A stretch of 64,000 nt of DNA, from assembly GCA_964016885.1 (NCBI GenBank), contig OZ024766.1, positions 14,322,001 to 14,386,000 on the forward strand, written 5' to 3'. Positions 38,069 to 50,279 of the stretch are shown piece after piece; position 1 is the first letter of the stretch, and each line of letters opens with the position of its first letter. The stretch comes from Eledone cirrhosa (taxonomy: Eukaryota). The notes under the pieces are model-generated. The model was not told where the DNA came from and did no database searches. It saw only the letters and a list, made by a program, of their open reading frames with translations. The position numbers and the translations under genes were made by a program.

Positions 38069-38206
38069 AAGCTTGGCAGTCATGACCAGTAAAACCAGGT
38101 AGACACTTGTTGTTTGGACAGTGTCCAGTTTTAGGGTTACAGTTTGCACTGTCCTTGCATTTACAGGGATTTGAACAATGGACACCAAAATAACCAGCTT
38201 TACACA
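38069..38206 (-). CDS. Multi-EGF gene, EGF exon 9
   Basis: 138 bp, TAACAG|..|GTTAGT; VCKAGYFGVHCSNPCKCKDSANCNPKTGHCPNNKCLPGFTGHDCQA. Confidence 0.9.
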
Positions 38207-38879
38207 CTGTTAAAATAAAACAAACAAGTAGAAATATCTAACATTACTTTACAAATATATACAGGGTGCAGCATAAATACTGTTACAAAATATCAAATGA
38301 GTTTAAGTCATAATATTAATTACTTTATGCTTTGCAGCATAGAGTTACGGCCCTTTATGATCTGAGTTCAAATCCCGCCCAGATTAACTTTGCCTTTCAT
38401 CCTTACTGGGTCGATAAAATAAAGTACCAGTCACACACAGGGAGCGCTTTAATAGACCCCCCCCTCCACAAATTTCTGGCCTTATGCTTATATAAGAAAC
38501 CAATAATAATTACTTTATTATTGATCTGATTGCTCAAATATTAACCTAATACTATATACTAACTGTTTTGGGGGTTATATAAGGATTCATTGCACATTTT
38601 TTCATGTTCAGAGTTGCTGAAGCATGGAACAAATTACCTGCATCAGTTGTTAGCTACTGGGACACTACATCCTTTAAAACCTCCATGCTTCCTGAAATTC
38701 GCCAACACTACACCTGATATCCCCCTTCCATACACACGCATGCATGTGTGTGTATTTCATGACTCATACACTGTTCACTTTCCTGACCTTTATACATTAT
38801 TCTATGTACTATATATGCACCTGAGCAGTGTACACAATAATTTCATTATTATTATTATTTAAATGTCCTTAGAATTGAA

Positions 38880-39200
38880 AGGAAAATTCATAATTGGACA
38901 GCATGAAAAAAAGTAGACTCCACCTCAGATTTTTATAACTGGAAAACAGCTTGAAATTAACAGAATGCTTATAAAAAGGACCATTGATCACTTCAAAGAA
39001 ACTTCCTCAACAAAAGCCAAGATCAGGACGTCCTAGCACCTTCTGAACACCAAAACTAATCAAATACATGCATGAGAAAATCAGATGTAAGCCAAAAAGA
39101 TTCATGAGAAAAATGGTGAAAGAGGCCGAAATTTCAGAGAGATCCATGAGGAGGCTATGTAAAGATGATCTCGAGATGTGAGAACAAAAGGAAAGCATAT
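38880..39200 (+). pseudogene. Tc1/mariner transposase N-terminal (HTH) relic
   Basis: Frame-broken RTIDHFKET..RSGRP..TPKLIKYMHEKIRCKPKRFMRKMVKEAEISERSMRRLCKDDL. Confidence 0.65.
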
Positions 39201-39415
39201 CAAATAAGATTTCATGGTGTTAATAAACATTTTATTAATTACTTTGTGCCACAATTGTATCTAGGTACAATAAATATTGAATTTTATTTTGTAATAGTAT
39301 TTATGTTGTACTATGTAGTATTATGTGGTCAGAAACTCTCAAGAAAGTTGGACAGGAGAAGGTCACCAGAGAAGAACCACCCTCTCACCTCATGCAAGGG
39401 TTTCAGCCATTAACC

Positions 39416-39708
39416 CAGGCATGGGCAACCTTTTTCGAGAAGCGGGCTGCATGAGATATGGCTCATCATCAGGGAGGCCGCAAGCGCTAATTTACATTTG
39501 TGCCCACATAAAAAAAAAAGGGTGATAACTCAGGTTGTTTTGATTTGTTTCTTCAGAATTCGTACACGTTGTTTTCCTCAATCGTTAAAAATTATAGAAA
39601 GATAAATTACGACTGAAAAGTTGGGGTAAAAAAATCAGAAAGATTTCACTTAGGTGATTTAGGTGAGTCATTTAGAAAGCTTTGTGGGCCGCAGGTTACC
39701 CATGACTG
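39416..39708. mobile_element. hAT-like MITE
   Basis: Termini CAGGCATGGGCAACC .. GGTTACCCATGACTG with a subterminal GGGCCGC motif. Confidence 0.6.
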
Positions 39709-41190
39709 CCTTAATCTATTTAACATTTACATTACTGTGTTTAAGTGTGTGTGAGTGAGTGCATTTGTGTGTTTTAATGTGAGTGTGTTTGTGTGTTTTA
39801 GTGTGTGAGTACATTTGAGCATTTAAGAGTGTGAAAGAGTATGTGTGTGAGTGTGTTTGTGTGTTTTAGAGTGTGAGTGCATGTGTGTGTTTATGTGTAT
39901 GTGTGTGTGAACTCTTTTATTCACCTCTTACAATAGGAAAGGACACTGTGCCAGTTATTTTGTGTCTCAACTAATTGCAACAAAGCTAATAAACTTTCAT
40001 GCTCTATTTAACACTAACACAAGTGTAAATGGTGTTAAACTTACAATCATGTTCTGGGTTTCATTCTTGGACTGGGTTGTGTATTATGTTCTTGAGCAAA
40101 ACATTATACTCAGTATGTATGTATGGTCCTGTAACTCCTGACAGAGTCGTAGAGGTGCCGTATTAACAGACATCATTTCTTGGGTATTTTAAGCCAGGCG
40201 GAGCCCATCCCTGTCCAGGCCTGAATACAGCAGATTTCTTCCAGAGAAAGATAGAAAGTGAGAGAGAGGAAATGAGAAAGAGATATAGAAGAAGAATCGA
40301 CCCCAGTACTAGACTGGTACTTTTTTATTGACATCAAAAGGATGAAAGGCAAAGTTGACCTCAGCGGGATTTGAACTCAGAGAGCAGAGAGTTGGAACGA
40401 ATACCACAAAGCATTCTATCTGATGTTCTAACGACTCTGCCAATTCACTGCCTATATACTCAGTATACTCAGTTGGAAATGAGTATCAACAATTGCTGGG
40501 GGGTTTTCTCTGCAATGGACTGGTGTCCTGTCCAGGCTGGAATTGTTTACTGTCAGTCACTTAACACCATGGAAACCAAGGTAAACACTGGCCTGATTAG
40601 CATCCAGGCTTGAGACAGACTTTAGACTCAGAACAAGTAACAGCCAAATTATAGATTAGTATGATAAAAAGGAAAGGACACATTAAATAGTGTAGTCCTA
40701 GTTATGCAATGCCTGAGAGAAGGGTGGAATGTGCTTATCTCGGTTTCCATGGTGTGAAGCAACTGAGAGTACAGAATTCCATCCTGCACAGGACACCTGT
40801 CCTGTGCAGGATGAAATTTAAAATCCCCCAGCAATTGCTGGTACTCATTTTCAACTGAGTATACTACGCAAGAATGTTTTGCTTAAGAACGCAATGCACA
40901 TCCAAGTCCAGGAACCAAACCCACAACATTATGATTGTAAATCCAACAGCTTTACCACTTGTGTTAGTGTTAGATAGAGATGACAGTTCATTGATCTCAT
41001 AACTAGTTTAAACTGTAAACAACTGACAGTGTCCTTACATATTATAAAGAGGTGAATAAAAGATATTGAAAAAGATACTGTCAATTCACCAGCTTTTATT
41101 TTAATTTACAAATCTGCCCCCCCCCCCCCCCCCCCTCACTTCCATAAAAAAAAAAGAAAGAATGGAAATTCGATATTTAGTTTTACTCAC

Positions 41191-41328
41191 CATTTTGGCA
41201 GTTTCTTCCTTCAAAACCAGCAACACATCTTCCGTCAGAACATATTCCTGTCACTGAGTCACATTTGTTGCTGTCTACACAGTGACATATACCTTCACAG
41301 TTGCTGCCAAATCTACCATTCTGGCAGA
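41191..41328 (-). CDS. Multi-EGF gene, EGF exon 8
   Basis: 138 bp, TGAAAG|..|GTGAGT; VCQNGRFGSNCEGICHCVDSNKCDSVTGICSDGRCVAGFEGRNCQN. Confidence 0.9.
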
Positions 41329-41615
41329 CTTTCAAAGAAACAAAAACATTGTTTGTTAATAAAAAAAAAAGCAAACCCTTTTTTTTTCAGAAACTTCTGG
41401 CGGAATCCCAAAGTCTCATATTTTTATATGGTTTGAATATAAATATACTTCTCTACCTTTTTTTCATGGAATCCCAGACATTCCTTTGCAGAACTCTTGG
41501 GTTCCATGGATCCCACTTTGGGAATGACTAATAAAGAAAAACCTAAAGTTTTGAGAGATAAAACAAGAATTCATATATGTTGCACAGAGTAATTAGCTTC
41601 TTTCATTTCACTCAC

Positions 41616-41753
41616 CTGTTTGACAGTTGTTACCTTTATAGCCAGGTGTACACCCACCACTCGAACAGGTACCAGATTTAGGGTTACACGTGCTATTGTC
41701 ATAGCAGTGACAGCTATAGCTACAATCTTTACCAAACTTGCCACTGGAGCACT
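41616..41753 (-). CDS. Multi-EGF gene, EGF exon 7 (not in the ORF track)
   Basis: 138 bp, TTTCAG|..|GTGAGT; ECSSGKFGKDCSYSCHCYDNSTCNPKSGTCSSGGCTPGYKGNNCQT. Confidence 0.92.
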
Positions 41754-41804
41754 CTGAAATATAGAGCTATTATTTATTATTTATTCATGAGTGAATAAGA
41801 ATTG

Positions 41805-41990
41805 TTTCGACTTTTGACACAAGGCCAGCAATTACCCCAGTGCATTACTGGTACTTTATTTTATCGACCCCGTAAGGACGAAAGGCAAAGTTAACCTTGG
41901 CGGGATTTGAACTCAGACCGTAAAGAACCATAACTCTATGCTGCAAAGCATGGCATCCGACGCTCTACCGATACTGCCAATCCACCACCC
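41805..41990 (-). mobile_element. tRNA-derived SINE; further copies at 38330-38500, 40297-40450, 42215-42380 and 46795-46980
   Basis: Same family as 7755-7937. Confidence 0.8.
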
Positions 41991-43355
41991 TCGCGATTCA
42001 ATAATAATTATTTCTACTTTTTGCACAAGGCTAGCAATTATCCCAGTGTATTACTGGTACTTTATTAGTAATACACTGGATAACAATAATGTTATAATAG
42101 TATTATAATATCATTAATATTCAGTTTGTTTGCCAGCAAACAGCCTCATAAACACCACGTGTGTTTTCTAGATGAACAATGTCATCCTTTTGTTGTAAAA
42201 GGGAAAGAAATGGGCAGAACTGTTGGAGTGTTTGTTGGATGAAATGCTTTGCAGAACTTCTGAGTTCTGAGTTCAAATCTTGCTCAGGTCAAACTTGAAT
42301 GTCATTTTTACAAGCTTGATAAAATAATGTACCAGTTAAATACTGGGGTAGATATAATCAACTGACTTTCTCTTTACTCCAAAATTAAGAAATCATTATT
42401 AACCCTTTACCATTCACATTACTCTATATATAATATTGTATTTTCATGGTAAAGGCTTTATCTCACATAATTATCTCACATAATATCGAATCTATGAGAT
42501 TTTGAAAGTATTTATTTTGAGAACAATACCTTCACATCAGTTTGAGCGACCAGTTACAGCCAATATCAACAGAAAGAGGTAGAGAATTCTGGCCGGTTTG
42601 GGCCGGTTTGAACACGAAAGGGTTAATTAAAAACATAGGTACATTTGTGCTTTACATAGTTTTGGCTTGGTTTTACTGGTTGGGTATTTCTCTTGCAACC
42701 AACCACTTTACTGAGGGGCCTGGGTGCACCAGTTCTTGAGAGATTGTACTAATTAGGGTGGCACCAAGTGGATACAAAATGTGGGACGAAAAGAAGAGAG
42801 AGGAGTCAGTTGAAAATGTCTGAGTGGAGGTGGCATGAACCTAGAATACTCCGAAGAACAGAGTCCAATATAGTAGTGGTGGAAAGCAGGAGGAGAAGGC
42901 ACATGGGGAGAGTATCAGTGAAGAAGAGAAAAAATGGTGTATCCATTTGGTTTATAGTCAAGTTTTATTTTTTTTAAACAAGCACCTTTATAGGCTTAGT
43001 CGGCCACCTATGAGGTTGTCACCCCATAGGAAGTATTCTGGGTGTTTCAATGGTAAGGACACCATGCCTATCATGTTGTTGTTACAGCTCACATTTATGT
43101 AGGTTTGGCTGGCCCCCTACAAGGATGCACTCCATAGGAAATATTCTGGGTGTTTTAATAATAAGGACCCCAGGCCTATCATGTTGTTACAGCTCTACCT
43201 ATGTAGGTTTAACTGGCCTCTGACAAAAATGCACCCCAAAGGAGCCTCGGTCTTTTCATGTCACTCTTTCCTTGGTAAGTTTGGAATCTCACTTTGAAGT
43301 GCCATGTGCTCACCTAGAAATACAAATAGCATAGAAGATCTACTGAATGACTCAC

Positions 43356-43493
43356 CTGTCTGACAATTGCTACCTTGATAGCCAGCTTCACAGCCACCAC
43401 TGGAACATACACCTGTGATGGGGTCACACTTGCTGTTGTTGGCACAGTGACATGAGTTAATACAGTTGTCACCAAATTTACCACTTCTACACT
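43356..43493 (-). CDS. Multi-EGF gene, EGF exon 6
   Basis: 138 bp, ACCCAG|..|GTGAGT; ECRSGKFGDNCINSCHCANNSKCDPITGVCSSGGCEAGYQGSNCQT. Confidence 0.92.
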
Positions 43494-43534
43494 CTGGGTA
43501 CATTAAATATGAAGAATATAGAAGTTAGATGGAA

Positions 43535-44570
43535 TGAGATGTGAAATGTATGTGATATACAATGTATGAGTTGTGAAATGTAGGGATGTGAAATGTAGGG
43601 ATGGGGAATGTAGGAGATGTGAAATGTAAGGATGTGAAATGTAGGAGATGTGAAATGTAGGAGATGTGAAATGTAGGAGATGTGAAATGTAAGAGATGTG
43701 AAATGTAGGGATGAGGAATGTAGGGATGAGGAATGTAGGAGATGTGAAATGTAAGGATGTGAAATGTAGGGATGAGGAATGTAGGAGATGTGAAATGTAG
43801 GAGATGTGAAATGTAGGAGATGTGAAGTGTAGGAGATGTGAAATGTAAGAGATGTGAAATGTAAGAGATGTGAAATGTAGGAGATGTGAAATGTAGGAGA
43901 TGTGAAATGTAAGATATGTGAAATGTAAGAGATGTGAAATGTAAGAGATGTGAAATGTAAGAGATGTCAAATGTAGGAGATGTGAAATGTAAGGATGTGA
44001 AATGTAGGAGATGTGAAATGTAAGAGATGTGAAATGTAGGAGATGTGAAATGTAGGAGATGTGAAATGTAGGAGATGTGAAATGTAGGAGATGTGAAATG
44101 TAGGAGATGTGAAATGTAGATGTGAAATGTAAGGGATGTGAAATGTAGGAGATGTGAAATGTAGGAGATGTGAAATGTAGGAGATGTGAAATGTAAGGAT
44201 GTGAAAGGTAAGAGATGTGAAATGTAGGTGATGTGAAATGTAGGAGATGTGAAATGTAAGAGATGTGAAATGTAGGAGATGTGAAATGTAGATGTGAAAT
44301 GTAAGGGATGTGAAATGTAGGAGATGTGAAATGTAGGAGATGTGAAATGTAGGAGATGTGAAATGTAAGGATGTGAAAGGTAAGAGATGTGAAATGTAGG
44401 TGATGTGAAATGTAGGTGATGTGAAATGTAGGAGATGTGAAATGTAAGGATGTGAAAGGTAAGAGATGTGAAATGTAAGAGATGTGAAATGTAGGATATG
44501 TGAAATGTAAAGGTATGGATTGTATAATGTGAAATATAGATGTGAATTGTGTGAGATGTGAAATGTAGAG
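43535..44570. repeat. 16-bp minisatellite (GATGTGAAATGTAGGA)
   Basis: About 60 visible units. Confidence 0.95.
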
Positions 44571-44629
44571 AATGTACAAAAATAACAGTAAACATCAATA
44601 ACAACAACAGCAACCATCATCAACAACAA

Positions 44630-46440
44630 TAGTGGTGGTGGTGGTGGTGGTGGTGGTGGTAATGGAGGTGGTGGTGGTAGTGGTGGTGCTGGTAGTGGAG
44701 GTGGTGGTGGTAGTGGTGGTGGTGGTCGATGTGGTGGTGGCGGTGGTGGCAGTGGTGGTGGTAGTGGTAGTGGTGGTGGTGGTGGTAGTGGTAGTGGTGG
44801 TGGTGGTGGTGGTAGTGGTGGTAGTGGTGGTGGTAGTGGTGGTGGTAGTGGAGGTGGTGGTGGTAGTGGTGGTGGTAGTGGTGGTGGTGGTGGTGGTAGT
44901 GGTGGTAGTGGTGGTGGTGGTGGTAGTTGAGGTGGTGGTGGTAGTGGTGGTGGTGGTAGTAGAGGTGGTGGTGGTGGAGGTGGTGGTAGTGGAGGTGGTG
45001 GTGGTGGTGGTGGTGGTGGTAGTGGTGGTGGTGGTGGTGTTGGTGGTAGTGGTAGTGGAGGTGGTGGTGGTGGTGGTGGTGGTGGTAGTGGTGGTGGCGG
45101 TAGTGGTGGTGGTGGTGGTAGTGGTGGTGGTAGTGGTGGTGGTGGTGATGGAGGTGGTGGTGGTGTTAGTGGTGGTAGTGGTAGTGGTGGTAGTGGTGGT
45201 GGTGGTGGTGGTGGTAGTGGTGGTGGTGATGGTGGTGGTAGTGATGGTGGTGGTAGTGGTTGTAGTAATGGCAGTGGTGGTAGTGGTGGTGGTAATGGCA
45301 GTCGTGGTAGTGATGGTGATGGTGGTGGTGGTAGTGGTGGTGGTGGTCGATGTGGTGGTGGTGGTGGTGGCGGTAGTGATGGTGGTGGTAGTGGTTGTAG
45401 TAATGGCAGTGGTGGTAGTGGAGGTGGTGGTGATGGTGGTGGTGGTGGTGGTAGTGGTGGTGGTAGTGGTGGTGGTGGTGGTGGAGGTGGTGGTAGTGGA
45501 GGTGGTGGTGGTGGTGGTGGTGGTGGTGGTAGTGGTGGTGGTGGTGGTAGTGGTGGTAGTGGTGGTGGTGGTGGTGGTGGTAGTGATGGTAGTGGTGGTG
45601 GTAGTGGTGGTGGTGGTGGTGGTGTTGGTAGTGGAGGTGGTGGTGGTAGTGGTGGTGGTGGTAGTAGAGGTGGTGGTGGTGGAGGTGGTGGTGGTGGTGG
45701 TGGTGGTTGAGGTGGTAGTGGTGGTAGTGGTGGTGGTAGTGGTCGTGGTGGTGGTGGTGGTGGTAGTGGTAGTGGAGGTGGTGGTGGAGGTGGTGGTGGT
45801 GGTGGTGGTAGCGGTGGTGGAGGTAGTGGTGGTGGTGGTGGTAGTGGTGGAGGTGGTGGTGGTGATGGAGGTGGTGGTGGTGTTAGTGGTGGTAGTGGTG
45901 GTGGTGGTAGTGGTGGTAGTGGTGGTGGTGGTGGTGGTGGTAGTGGTAGTGGTGGTGGTGGTAGTGGTGGTGGTGGTAGTGGTAGTGGTGGTGGTGGTGG
46001 TGATGGTGGTGGTAGTGATGGTGGTGGTAGTGGTTGTAGTAATGGCAGTGGTGGTAGTGGTGGTGGTAATGGCAGTGGTGGTAGTTGAGGTGATGGTGAT
46101 GGTGGTGGTGGTAGTGGTGGTGGTGGTCGATGTGGTGGTGGTGGTGGTGGCGGTAGTGATGGTGGTGGTAGTGGTTGTAGTAATGGCAGTGGTGGTAGTG
46201 GAGGTGGTGGTGATGGTGGTGGTGGTGGTGGTAGTGCTGGTGGTAGTGGTGGTGGTGGTGGTGGTGGTAGTGGTGGTGGTAGTACAGAGTATGGTGGTGG
46301 TGGTGGTGGTGGTTGGTGGTGGTTGTGGAGGTGGTGGGGTTGTGGTGGTGGTTGCAGTGGGAGTTGTGGTGGTTGATAGTGATGTTGGGTAGTGGTTGCG
46401 GTTGTGGTTGTGGTAGTGGTGGTAGTAGTGATGATGATGA
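44630..46440. repeat. 1.8-kb (GGT)n/(ACC)n compound trinucleotide array
   Basis: GGT with AGT/GAT/GGA variants and repeated larger blocks; source of the poly-P, poly-T, poly-V and poly-H ORFs. Confidence 0.97.
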
Positions 46441-46485
46441 TAATAACAATGATGATATTTATGATGATGATAGTACACCACTTAC

Positions 46486-46623
46486 CTGTCTGACAGTTGC
46501 CACCTTCATATCCAGGAGCACATCCTCCATTAGAGCAGCTACCAGTCTGTGGCTTACATTTACTCTTGTCAGCACAATGACACATGTTTCGACAGTTTGG
46601 TCCAAATTTTCCTCTCTTACATC
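46486..46623 (-). CDS. Multi-EGF gene, EGF exon 5
   Basis: 138 bp, TTGTAG|..|GTAAGT; GCKRGKFGPNCRNMCHCADKSKCKPQTGSCSNGGCAPGYEGGNCQT. Confidence 0.92.
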
Positions 46624-47984
46624 CTACAAATCAATCAATAACAAATATATATTTTGGTGTGTATTTGTGTGGCCTTGTGGTAAGGGTGTTGGACTTACAA
46701 TCATAATGTCGTGAGTTCTATTCCTCAACTAGGTTGTGTGTTGTGTTCTTGAGCAAAAGTATTTCCATTCATGTTGCTCCAGTATAATAATAATTGTTTC
46801 TACTTTTGACACAAGGCCAGCAATTACCCAGTACATTACTGGTACTTTATTTTATCGACCCCGTAAGGATGAAAGGCAAAGTTAACCTTGGTGGGATTTG
46901 AACTCGGATCATAAAGGGACGTAACTCTATGCTTCAAAGCATGGCGTCCGACTCTCTACCAATACTGACAATCCACCGCTCCAGTATAATAATAATAATA
47001 GTGAAATTATTGTGTACAGTGCTCAGGTGCACTATAACTCATCAAAGGTGCATGTAAAGCACATAGAATAATGAACAAATGTCAGGAAAATGAACAGTGT
47101 ATGAGTCATGATAAACATATGTACGTGTGTATGGAGGAGGGATATCAGGTGTAGTGTTGGCGAATTTCAGGAAGCTTGGAGATCAGTGCCAGTAATAGCT
47201 GGTGATTTAACCTTGGGATGGACTGGTGCCCTGTCCAGGGGAAGTTTTGTATTTTAAGTCACTTCATGCCATAGATAGCACTGGCCTGATGACCCTCAGC
47301 ACTCGAGACACACTTTAGACATTTTTTTGTTTTTGTATATTCAACAGCCCAGTCCTTCTAACTGTCGGTAGGTATCACACTGAGCAGAGTCCACTGTATT
47401 CCCCACACCTGGACAGGATGCTAGTCCATTGCATGGTATTTCACTGCTATATTATTCTATCTACTCCAAAAGTATGACAGAAAAAGTTGATTTTGGTGGG
47501 ATTTGAATACCGTTTTAAAAAAGAACTCAAAATCACAACCCATTAAAACCTTTAGAATTTAAACCGGCCACAATTCTCTCACTTCTTTATGTTCAAACCA
47601 GCCATAACTGGCTGCTCATACTTATGTTAAGGTATTGTTCTCAAAATAAATAATATCAAAATCTCATAGATTTGATATTATGTGAGATAATTATATGAGA
47701 TAAAGCCTTTACTGTGAAAATATAATAGTGTATATGAAGTAGTGTAAATGCTAAAGGGTTAATCTGTAACTCTACTGCCCCTGCTACTCACATCTTCCTC
47801 ATGATGAACATTTAACATTCACTTCCCCTGTAACCAAGAGTGGGATGTGTCAACAGAGACCGACTCAGAACTTAATCGGAGCTACTGACCTCTCAGATGT
47901 TACTGGATACATTTCATCATGACTGAAGAGGACATTCATCCATTTGTCTGGTAGATTTTCTAAAGAAATAGAACTACAAAAGAG

Positions 47985-49805
47985 CACACACGTGTCTGAC
48001 AGGTGCTACCTTATAACCAGGACCACACCATCTACTGTAACACACCTGTCTGACAGATGATACCTTATAACCAGGACCACACCATCTACTGTAACACACC
48101 TGTCTGACAGGTGCTACCTTATAACCAGGACTACACTATCTACTGTAACACACTTGTCTGATAGATGATACCTTATAACCAGGACAACACCATCTACTGT
48201 AACACACCTGTCTGACAGGTGCTACCTTATAACCAGGATCACACCATCTACTGTAACACACCTGTCTGACAGCTGCTACCTTATAACCAGGACCACACCT
48301 TCTACTGTAACACACCTGTCTGATAGATGATACCTTATAACCAGGACCACACCATCTACTGTAACACACCTGTCTGACAGCTGCTACCTTATAACCAGGA
48401 CTACACTATCTACTGTAACACACTTGTCTGATAGATGATACCTTATAACCAGGACCACACCATCTACTGTAACACACCTGTCTGACAGCTGCTACCTTAT
48501 AACCAGGACCACACCATCTACTGTAACACAACTGTCTGACAGGTACTACCATATAACCAGGACCACACCATCTACTGTAACACACCTGTCTGACAGCTGC
48601 TACCTTATAACCAGGATCACACCATCTACTGTAACACAACTGTCTGACAGGTGCTACCTTATAACCAGGACCACACCATCTACTGTAACACACCTGTCTG
48701 ACAGGTGCTACCTTATAACCAGGATCACACCATCTACTGTAACACACCTGTCTGACAGCTGCTACCATATAACCAGGACCACACCATCTACTGTAACACA
48801 CCTGTCTGACAGGTGCTACATTATAACCAGGACCACACCATCTACTGTAACACACGTGTCTGACAGGTGCTACCTTATAACCAGGACCACACCATCTACT
48901 GTAACACACCTGTCTGACAGGTGCTACTTTATAACCAGGACCACACCATCTACTGTAACACACCTGTCTGACAGCTGCTACCTTATAACCAGGACCACAC
49001 CATCTACTGTAACACACCTGTCTGACAGGTGCTACCTTATAACCAGGACTTCACCATCTACTGTAACACACCTGTCTGACAGGTGCTACCTTATAACCAG
49101 GACCACACCATCTACTGTAACACACCTGTCTGATAGATGATACCTTATAACCAGGATCACACCATCTACTGTAACACACGTGTCTGACAGGTGCTACCTT
49201 ATAACCAGGACCACACCATCTACTGTAACACACCTGTCTGACAGGTGCTACCTTATAACCAGGACCACACCATCTACTGTAACACACCTGTCTGACAGGT
49301 GCTACCTTATAACCAGGACTTCACCATCTACTGTAACACACCTGTCTGACAGGTGCTACTTTATAACCAGGACCACACCATCTACTGTAACACACCTGTC
49401 TGACAGCTGCTACCTTATAACCAGGACCACACCATCTACTGTAACACACCTGTCTGACAGGTGCTACCTTATAACCAGGACTTCACCATCTACTGTAACA
49501 TACCTGTCTGACAGGTGCTACCTTATAACCAGGACCACACCATCTACTGTAACACACCTGTCTGATAGATGATACCTTATAACCAGGATCACACCATCTA
49601 CTGTAACACACGTGTCTGACAGCTGCTACCTTATAACCAGGACCACACCATCTACTGTAACACACCTGTCTGACAGGTGCTACCTTATAACCAGGACTTC
49701 ACCATCTACTGTAACACACTTGTCTGACAGGTGCTACCTTATAACCAGGCCACACCATGTACTGTAACACACCTGTCTGATAGATGATACCTTATAACCA
49801 GGAAC
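47985..49805 (-). repeat. 54-bp minisatellite derived from the 3' half of an EGF exon
   Basis: Unit (minus strand) CAGACAGGTGTGTTACAGTAGATGGTGTGGTCCTGGTTATAAGGTAGCACCTGT aligns to the exon segment between its two CAGACAGGT repeats; about 33 units. Confidence 0.9.
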
Positions 49806-49891
49806 ACACCTTCCACTGGAACACACACCTGTCTCTGTCTTACACCTACTATCATCTTGACTAAATATATTAAGTAGCAAACAAAGCTTAC

Positions 49892-50029
49892 CTGTCTGAC
49901 AGTTGCTACCTTCATAACCAGCAGTACATCCTCCTCTAGAACACACACCTGTCTGTTTGTTACATTTACTGTTGTCAACACAGTGACATGTGTTGCCACA
50001 GTTGGCTCCAAATTTTCCATTTCTACAGA
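49892..50029 (-). CDS. Multi-EGF gene, EGF exon 4
   Basis: 138 bp, CCACAG|..|GTAAGC; VCRNGKFGANCGNTCHCVDNSKCNKQTGVCSRGGCTAGYEGSNCQT. Confidence 0.92.
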
Positions 50030-50279
50030 CTGTGGAAATAAAAATATGAGAACAATGACAATAACAACAACATATAACACTATACAAGATAATGCTTTCT
50101 GATTTAGGCACAAGGCCAGCAATTTTAGGGGAGGAGAAAATCAATTAAATCGACCCCAGTGTGTGACTGGTACTTCATTTTATCAACCCTGTTGGGATGA
50201 AAGGGATAGCTACCACAATTCTATCATCTATATTATAGCGTTGTCATCTATACTATATCTATATCATCTGAACTATATT

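Noticed and set aside
43967-46585. 872-aa EGF + poly-proline ORF, and overlapping poly-Thr and poly-Val ORFs, as a mucin/extensin-like gene
   Set aside because: Read-through past a canonical GTAAGT donor at 46485 into GGT and 16-bp satellites, which are open in several frames simply because they lack stops.
47282-47320. CCTGATGA..GAGAC motif as a hammerhead (similar at 40590)
   Set aside because: Part of a SINE-like 3' end, with no proper stem II or GAAA.
47922-47960. CTGAAGA-GGACA..TGTCT hammerhead-like motif
   Set aside because: GAAA box absent (GGTA) and no convincing stem I; at most a dead relic.
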